64,000 nucleotides of DNA from the NCBI RefSeq assembly GCF_037042905.1, contig NC_087254.1:10664001-10728000 (forward strand), written 5' to 3'. Below are positions 55,689-64,000 of the stretch, piece by piece. The stretch's first letter is position 1. Every line of letters starts with the position of its first letter. A program made the translations under genes and the position numbers. The stretch comes from Lytechinus pictus (taxonomy: Eukaryota). The notes under the pieces were generated by a model. That model saw only the letters and a list, made by a program, of their open reading frames with translations, ran no database searches and was not told the origin of the DNA.

Positions 55689-56019
55689 CTGAAAGAAAGA
55701 AAAATAGGAAAACAGATATTGGTATTCATTATAATATCTATGGTTTGTTGAAATATTCTTACAAATTATATACTTCGAACGTTATCTGTCCGATTTTCTC
55801 CCATATTTTTCGTTTCCTCAAAGCTCTCACGAACTGTAATCTATACTTTGGAAATGATGACTGATTCAATTTGTAAATTAGTCAATCATTGATATTAAAT
55901 TCATATAATTTATTAAAAGCTACCAAAATCAACCCTTGCATATAGCTGATATTTGATGAGTATAAAAGAACTCTAAATAGTATATACTATAAATTTTAAA
56001 GTGACTAAATGAAAGCTCT

Positions 56020-56262
56020 TTATTTATTCTCCTTATTCTTTCTTATCCTCTTCTTCTCTTCCTCCTCTTCTTCCTTTTTCTTTTTCTTTTTCCTTGTCCT
56101 CCTCTTCTTCTTCCTCTTCTTTCTCATCCTCTTCCTCTTCTCCTTTTTACTTTTTCTTCTTCTTTTCTTCTCCTCCTCTTCCTTATTCTTCTTCCTTTCT
56201 TTTTCTTCTCATTCTTCTTCGTTTTCTTTCATTTCTCCCTCTTCATTCTTATCATTCTTCTA
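56020..56262. repeat. Polypyrimidine (CTT/CCT)n low-complexity tract
   Basis: Directly visible; a similar tract lies at about 61010-61190. Confidence 0.9.
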
Positions 56263-56405
56263 CTCTCGTATTCGCCATCAATATCAATATTTCACTCACA
56301 TTTTGGATAGAATATCGAATGAGTAAGTGTATGAACTGAGTTATATCATATATACTGTATTTAAGATTTTGATTTGTTATTAAAAATCAAATGACAAGTA
56401 ATTAC

Positions 56406-56498
56406 CTATCAAGGTGAAAGGCAGAGACCTCGGCATTATGACGTTCTATATCAGAGAAATAAAAGTGGTCTGGTAAAGTCTCGTATTCACGTTGAACT
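56406..56498 (-). CDS. FAM20C: FAM20C exon (93 bp) [31 protein letters not shown]
   Basis: GT-AG flanks. FYFSD.ERHNAE is the FAM20C-type motif: Glu is retained, unlike the Gln of the FAM20A pseudokinase or the GYDRHNAE of FAM20B. Confidence 0.96.
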
Positions 56499-57267
56499 CT
56501 GAAACAAAAAAAAAACAGAAAAAAGTAAAAAGAATGTTGATTAGACCTTTATTTCTGATTCAAATGTGGCGTAATGAGTAAAAAAAAAAGTGGATGGTGC
56601 AGATCATGGCATGGAGATTTAAAAAAGTCTCAGGCGAGCGAAGAGACCAAGGAAATGAATTACCTTAATTTTCTTTCTTTTCCCGGTTATGGGACTTTTT
56701 TTTTGGGGGGGGGGGGACGAAGGGGAATCTTTTAAGAAAGATTCAAAGTAATCCAACTTAACCTCCCCAAGCTCGCTCATTGACCCAATAATGTTCATGC
56801 ATTATTTTTGCATTATTATGTTTCCCGCTCTTCTCTTCACGCAATCACTTCAAACTCTGAATCCGATATTGCGCCATCTATCGTCAAGATTCTGCGTCGT
56901 CTGCTAAAGAACAGCACTGAACATTACTACATGTAATTCGACTGTACACTCAAGTTCCCTACGGTAGATATCCTATTAAAGGCTGTGTATAATTTCAAGA
57001 TGTATAGGCCTTCCTTATGAATCTATGTTTTATATTGGAAGAGAAAAACATGAATGTGGATTCGGCATGGGTTTCTGCTTTTCTTCTGTCAATATATTGC
57101 GCAACATATCCTTCACAGCGAAGACCTCTTTGTGTGAATAGCTTTGCATTTGTTCAGTAATTATGTTTACATGAATATGATTTAGACCTTTTAGTTCCTT
57201 CTCTTTTTTCTTTCCTGTATATATACGCATATAATTATGAATAAGTCAACTATATTTTCTTCATTTA

Positions 57268-57470
57268 CAAGGGGGATCCACACTTTACAAGCTTTGCTTT
57301 TTAGTGGACCACCCTCATTTCCATTTATGCTCAATATCATACTGTTTTTTGTTTTACGAAGTAAGAATGCTCGTCTGTAAAATCGTACTTGATTTGTGTT
57401 ACTTTATATTACTTTGTATTTTGTTTTGAATGGAAATGGAATAAAGAATTGAATTGAATTGAAAAAAAAA
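57268..57470 (+). mobile_element. Probable LINE 3' tail (CR1/L2-group style)
   Basis: Stem-loop, then AATAAA and a (GAATT)n tail; analogous tails at about 435-592 and 62045-62165 with short tandem ends. Confidence 0.5.
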
Positions 57471-60287
57471 TGGGTGTCTATGTTAATACACGTTTTAATT
57501 CTTATATGTGCATCTTGGGAATTAAAAATGACAGTAATTTTCAAAACAAACCAATGGGACGCCTTAAGATTCATCAATATAGAAATAAACCTTTCCATCT
57601 GTTCCATCATTTGTCTCTCTTTTAAGGAAATTCACTGATTATAATATCAATGCGCGGTGATTTCGAAAAATCTTTGGTCCCTCTAAGTGGGGACAAGGCG
57701 ACTCAGCATTCAAAATTTGAGGGGGGGGGGGCACGTCCCCCCTGGATCGCTACCCATGATTACTACATGATTATTAAAAAAAAAATATTTGACTAAATGA
57801 AGCTCTTCCAGCGGGATGATGACAGCTTAGCTTTGCAATGTAATACACCTTATTGAACGAACGCTTACATTGCAGTCCCACGCACAGGCGATGTAGTGGA
57901 TGATGTTCAGATACTCGTACGTCACACGCACGCCAGCGGGGAAACTTGGGATACGTTTACAGTACACATGCATGCATCATGTTTACCGGGTAGTTAGTTA
58001 TTGAAGCTATTAGGGTGAGACATGAAATTGATCGGACGATGGCACTTGTTGGGGGAATTAAGGAACATGGTCAGAGGAATTTGACCTCTTTCGTCTCTCT
58101 AGTTGTATCCCGATCTCCCCTCTCTGTTTCTTGATGGGTGTTGCAAAAATCTCATTTGTAATCGACTGCATACTATAATAGGCCTATTATTACAGTAGTC
58201 TTTATATGTAATTTTGTTGCAAAAAATATGTCGTTAATTGCTAGACGGAAGGACCTAACATTGGTTTGCATGACTTAAGCTTCAATAACCGTGTCCAAAA
58301 ACGTCAAAATTACTATCTGATTTTGTTTTTTGTATGGTCAGCTCCCCTCCCCCAACTGGGTTTTCGTGCTGTTTTATAAAACCGAAATGCGATTTGTCAC
58401 CCTCGTGAAAGCATACCATCTGGTCATCACATTTTCCAAGTAGCTTTATTCTGTGCGTGCTATTTGTAATATTATTGATCGAATTTTTTCCCTTTCGATT
58501 GTTAATTTGTAGGGGCTGTGGAAAGTTGTGATTTTAAGCACGTTCATCCCTCCTCTACTTTCGAGTGAGCACCCACCCACCTAATTTAAAAACCGTTTGT
58601 TGGACAAGGCCCAAGTAAAACGAAGGTCATTTTGGTCCAGAGAAATTTGACAACCCCTCGCCACCAAAAAACAGCGTTTCACTACAAAATGAAGGTCATT
58701 TTTGTCCATTTTTTTGTCCAGAGAAATTTGACAATGACAAGCTTCCCAGGGTCATGTCCTTGGCCCCTGCAATGGACTTATGTCATAATACTAGGTAAAC
58801 ACAGGAAAAAGCCTGTTATGGAATAAATATTCAACATTTTTCCTTATGCGGCTTGTGCAAGTTTTAGGTTCGAATATCATCGTTGGATTATTAGTGATAA
58901 CTAGTCAACTTTTACTTCGAATGTCATTGGCTTGGGGTCAACTTCATGTTGAGAAAAGAAAAAGTGACTCGAATCGAACGTGACTCTGAATGACGTGTCA
59001 TAAGACGACGGTCGACCCATTTGTTCGTCGAAAAACGAGTCACTCTCATTCCGAGTAAAACAAACTACAGGCTGACGACATCCTTAGTCAATTTTGACTC
59101 TGCAAATAATGATTGGCCGCATTGAATTGTTGCCTAGATTAAACTAGAAATGATTTGTAGTCAAGATGACTGAGACGTAATACAGTGCTTACTGGTACAG
59201 TCACATCGGCACAATCGAAACCGGACCGACCAAATCTATAACGCTACACCCAATGATATACCATCGATCGGTTTGGAGACGGATGCCGTCGTGTGACGGT
59301 AGCTTTGATGTTGACGAGATTCGCAATGTAATGCGACGACGCAGACAACGACCATTGGGGGCTTTACCTAACCTCTCTCGTTTCTAGGATAATCCCCTAC
59401 CGAGTCCGTAAGATAAATAACCATCTTGATAGTACAAGTGCTCGCTAAATAGATTCTTCCCCACTCAAGTGCGCCTTCATCTGGTAATATACACATATCA
59501 AACGTCTTATGGGATCTGCCAGCCGGGGATGTGGGATGGGCTGAAGTCGCATCTTAAAAGGCTGTCGCGATGAAACGGGATTATGTAAATCCATCGTCCA
59601 ATATATTTTATGATATTAATGCGGTTATCGACGCTGCTTCAGATCTGACCATTGTACAACTTACGCACCATTCACTTTCCCCCGAACGTTGGCATTCAAG
59701 CAGTCAAAAGAAATTCATTTTGACCGAGTTTGTAGATGGGACACATACTGACCAAGAGAATGGTCATTTAGACTAATCCTTTTTACATTCACATCGGAAT
59801 GATGTTTGCGGTCATTTGGTAAGTCCATTTATGATTTCGGTCACGCAACTTATGCCGCACCTCCTCCACCCCCCCAAAAAAAATCCCCACAAAAATAGTT
59901 GGTGTACAACAAATGATAACAAATTAGTTTTAAAAAAAAAATCAAAGGAACTTTGGGAATACAGTTTTAAGTTTCTTTGGGCCAGAAAAAGAGTAGAGTA
60001 GAGTAGAAAGAGAGAGAGGGGGGAGGGGGGGGGGGGACTTACCGTGAGGGGGCAGAAAGATAGAAATGCGAATGGAAGTCTTTTTCCATATTCGCTGACC
60101 CTATCTGTTATGTATGTGGTCGATACATTTTGATTAAAAGCGATTACTGTATTCGTTGATCCTTTACGACGCCATACAAGAATATAGTAGTTTAACATCA
60201 GAGTAAGATAGTAAATTAGGAATATCAATGATGTTTGTACGAAACGGGTGTCTCGTAATTTATTCCGAGCCGCGACTTTCAGCGAGA

Positions 60288-60597
60288 ATCCCGCTAAAGT
60301 GTCTTCTGGTTTCTAACCACTTACGCATAATCTGGTTTCTAACCGCAAAGCATATTCGGTGTTTAACCGCAAAAATATATTCTGGTATCGAACCGCTAAA
60401 CTTTCTTCCGGTTGCTAACGCTGCTAACGGCTGATGTCTAATTGCTAAAGCGTCTACCCGTTTTAACCGCTCAAGCGTTTTCCGGTTACTAAGCGCTAAA
60501 GCGTATTCCGGTTTCTAACCGCTAAAACGTCTTCAGGTTACTTACTGCTTCAGCGTTTTCCGGATTTTTAACCGCTAAAGCGTTTACCGGTTTCTCA
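60288..60597. repeat. Minisatellite, about 24-26 bp degenerate unit GGTTTCTAACCGCTAAAGCGT(A/T)TTCC
   Basis: About a dozen head-to-tail units with no unique spacers. Confidence 0.8.
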
Positions 60598-61225
60598 TCC
60601 TCCAATTTGCAGTATACAACAATTGGGAATGCGGCATATACTATGAGCTGCGAAAGACGCTTGTTGGGATCCCAGTTTTTCATGTACAAACTGAAATAGT
60701 ACTAATAAAATATAACGCCCCCGAAAAGAAATAACAACAATAATTACTTAGGACCCGATTATGATATTTTTAACCCTTGTAAAACTAGAGCACGGAGTCA
60801 ATACCTGAATATTTTGTCTTATGATAGGGAAGGTTTAAATATGAATCTCTTTCCATCAAATGGTGGAAAAACGATTTCGTTTTCATTCTCAATAATTATA
60901 CTGGTGAATTTAACAAGTCACTATGGAGATAGTACCACATGGACACAGCATTAGTCTCTACCAGGTATTATTATGTATTTTACATAGTTTGATTGAAGCT
61001 TCGATATTTCCTTTCTTCTATTCTATTTCTTTTATCTCTTCCTTCTATTCTCCTCTTCGTGCTGTTATTGTTGTCGCCGTTTTTGCTGTTGTTCTTCTCC
61101 TTATTATTTTTCTTCCTCATCCTTCTCCTCCTCCTCCCCTTTCTTTTTCTATTCCTCCTCCTTCTCCTTCTTTGTCGTTATATTCTTATTTATTGGTTAT
61201 AGTAAATACTGATTTTTTTTCTTCA

Positions 61226-61991
61226 TTTTTGTCTCACCTGCATAGCAGAGTGAGACTATAGGCGCCGCTTTTCCGACGGCGACGGCGGCGGCGGCGTCAA
61301 CACCAAATCTTAACCTGAGGTTAAGTTTTCGAAATGACAGCATAACTTAGAACGTATATGGACCTAGTTCATGAAACTTGGCCATAAGGTTAATCAAGTA
61401 TTACTGAACATCCTGCCTGAGTTTCATGTCACATGACCAAGGTCAAAGGTCATTTAGGGTCAATGAACTTAGACCATGTTGGGGGAATCAACATCAAAAT
61501 CTTAACCTCAGGTTAAGTTTTTGAAATGTCATCATAACTTAGAAAATATATGGACCTAGTTCATGAAACTTATACATAAGGTTAATCAAGTATCACTGAA
61601 CATCCTGCATGAGTTTCACATCACATGACCAAGGTCAAAGGTCATTTAGGGTCAATGAACTTTGGCCGAATTGGGGGTATCTGTTGAATTACCATCATAA
61701 CTTTGAAAGTTTATGGATCTGATTCATGAAACTTGGACATAATAGTAATCAAGTATCACTGAACATCCTGTGCGAGTTTCAGGTCACATGATCAAGGTCA
61801 AAGGTCATGTAAGGTCAAAGAACTTTGGCCACGTTGGGGGTATTTGTTGAATTGCCATCAAAAAACGTGGAAATAAGAGTAACCAAGTATCACTGAACAT
61901 CTTGTGCGAGTTATAGTAGTTTTCAAAATCAGCACTGCTGCTATATTGAATTGCGTGATGCAGGTGAGACGGCCAGAGGCATTCCACTTGT
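61226..61991 (-). mobile_element. Second copy of the Helentron-like element
   Basis: Termini are the reverse complement of those at 32730-33623; internal units of about 160-190 bp carry AGGTCAAAGGTCA. Confidence 0.7.
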
Positions 61992-62660
61992 TTTATATGT
62001 AAATAGTATAATTTTACCATGTTATTATCTTAATTCTGTATGTCGAGGACCCCACTGGAAATAAGCTTTCGAGCTTTCGTGGGTCATCCTGTGCAAGCCT
62101 GTTGTTTTAATGCTACTGTATATATGTTATGGTGACTTGCCAAATAAAATCAATCAATCAATCAAGTTTCAACAGTGACAACACTACAATATCATTATAC
62201 ACTTTGGGTAGAAAGGAAGGTACAGGGCCACAAATTTAATGCTTATAAGATACATGGCATTTTGTACATACATGTTATTAAGATAAACAGAGATCTCTTA
62301 AGACACAACCCTACAGGGTTTTAACATCGATTTCAGATTTCATATTTCATATTTGCTTAACCTTTGCGAAATGAATGTTCGTTTGGCTGCGTGGGTTGAA
62401 ATACAATCAGCATTAGTCAAAGAAAACAAGAACACGATATTTCCTTCGGGAAGTTTGGGGTTATGTTTTCGACGAAATCGAAAGAGAACAATAAAATTGA
62501 CGACGATTGCATTGAGATCAAAGCTGAAAATATAACTACAGCGAACCTGCTTCAATTTGAATAAAAGAATCTCTTTAAAGTCTGCAATTTACTCAATTAA
62601 ATTTTATCAGCAACTATATAAACAAAATATATTGACATAATGACAATAGTTATATTCATT

Positions 62661-62850
62661 ATACTCTCTAAAGAATTTGACAAAATGACCGTTTTCTTGG
62701 TTAATATGTGTCATGCCGAGAAAAACGGTCAAAAATCAACCAAACTATTGGTTAAATTCTGTCAGGAATTTGGTTGATTTTGACCGATTTAGTCGGTCAG
62801 ACACATATTGGCCAAAAGAATAGTCATTTTGACTAATCCTTTTTAGAGTA
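62661..62850. mobile_element. Palindromic MITE
   Basis: TACTCTCTAAAGAATTTGACAAAATGAC versus GTCATTTTGACTAATCCTTTTTAGAGTA. Confidence 0.6.
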
Positions 62851-62963
62851 TATAATCAGTGAGTGAATATATCAAAAGACGAATACCGTGGACGAGACTG
62901 AGAAACATATAACTAAACATACATCTCAAAACAGGCTGATAATAATTGCATAAAATAACTCAC

Positions 62964-63042
62964 CTCCAAGGTTTCATTAAACTCTGTCCACCATCTCTGA
63001 ATGTTAGGACCATCTTAACCTGTGTGCCCCCTGATTTCTCAT
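62964..63042 (-). CDS. FAM20C: FAM20C exon (79 bp) EKSGGTQVKMVLTFRDGGQSLMKPWR; upstream exons lie outside the window
   Basis: GT-AG flanks; GGTQ.K loop and the ATP-binding Lys in LMKP. Confidence 0.95.
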
Positions 63043-63176
63043 CTGCATTAAAACAACAAAAAAGTAATGATTAGAATACTAATATTGGTATAATTGTGAA
63101 AAATAATTGCGCTTTTGGTAATCTTTATAAAACTTTGGTTACTAGTACATAAAACGGTCAGTGAGTATAGTCGTAG

Positions 63177-63571
63177 NNNNNNNNNNNNNNNNNNNNNNNN
63201 NNNNNNNNNNNNNNNNNNNNNNNNNNNNNNNNNNNNNNNNNNNNNNNNNNNNNNNNNNNNNNNNNNNNNNNNNNNNNNNNNNNNNNNNNNNNNNNNNNNN
63301 NNNNNNNNNNNNNNNNNNNNNNNNNNNNNNNNNNNNNNNNNNNNNNNNNNNNNNNNNNNNNNNNNNNNNNNNNNNNNNNNNTAGTAGTAATAGTAGTAGT
63401 GGTAGTANNNNNNNNNNNNNNNNNNNNNNNNNNNNNNNNNNNNNNNNNNNNNNNNNNNNNNNNNNNNNNNNNNNNNNNNNNNNNNNNNNNNNNNNNNNNN
63501 NNNNNNNNNNNNNNNNNNNNNNNNNNNNNNNNNNNNNNNNNNNNNNNNNNNNNNNNNNNNNNNNNNNNNNN
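63177..63571. other. Assembly gaps (N 63177-63381 and 63408-63571) within a (TAG)n microsatellite
   Basis: N runs flanked and separated by TAG/CAG repeats. Confidence 0.95.
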
Positions 63572-64000
63572 AGTAGCAGCAGCAACAGCAGCAGCTGCAG
63601 TAGTATTACGGTATTATGAAACAAACAAATTGGATAACCCATATTCGGCAATGCCATACACGACACTACTGGCCATCCAAGGGGTCCATAAAAAGAGAAA
63701 AAAATAATAGGGAGATATAAGAAAATAAAACGAGATAAGAATGAATACAGGAAGAAGACATATAATAACCATGGTGTGTTTCCTTTAAGATGACACAAGG
63801 GACCGATAACGGCTCCTCATCTCATGAATCCATCTCTTGGAAAACAGACCCAATGATCCTATTAGCTTGTTAGAAATGCATGTGTAATTCCCTTAGTCTC
63901 CATATTTACGATGTGTTCTTACTCCCACGTTATACGGACGGAGGTGTTCCTCCGCTGGAACCCGACCCATCCCGACATTGCCTATATAGACTATAGAGGA

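Noticed and set aside
56009-56339. Hydrophobic or poly-residue ORFs (also 51286-51799, 60923-61261, 63115-63798)
   Set aside because: They arise from microsatellites, low-complexity tracts or N gaps.
56406-56498. Assignment to FAM20A or FAM20B
   Set aside because: [12 protein letters not shown] keeps the Glu lost in FAM20A and lacks the FAM20B GYDRHNAE signature; WRRSY is also FAM20C/A-type.
60288-60597. CRISPR-like periodic repeat
   Set aside because: Units are head-to-tail and degenerate with no unique spacers, there are no cas genes, and the context is eukaryotic: a minisatellite.

Overview
AT-rich, repeat-dense, intron-containing animal genomic DNA; the repeat landscape suggests an echinoderm such as a sea urchin, but that is inference. 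Two convergent protein-coding genes can be built by hand. (1) Minus strand: the last eight coding exons of FAM20C, the secretory-pathway (Golgi casein) kinase, from 63042 down to the stop at 28824. All have GT-AG boundaries and join in frame; the 5' exons lie beyond the window. (2) Plus strand: an unrecognised 205-aa secreted precursor (coding exons 10553-10945 and 16936-17160, with a probable non-coding first exon at about 941-1260). It has a signal peptide, a Ser-run ending in a FAM20C S-x-E site, a furin site (RIKR) and a 39-aa C-terminal 4-Cys peptide. This orphan prohormone/ligand-like gene, lying tail-to-tail with the kinase that could phosphorylate it, is the main candidate for a new system. 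The rest is MITEs (TTAA-flanked AGG..CCT, CWG-flanked, and CACT-ended types), Helentron-like elements carrying DR1 arrays, tRNA-derived SINEs, LINE 3' tails, mini/microsatellites and two N gaps. No prokaryotic features, CRISPR arrays, rRNA or convincing tRNA genes were seen.
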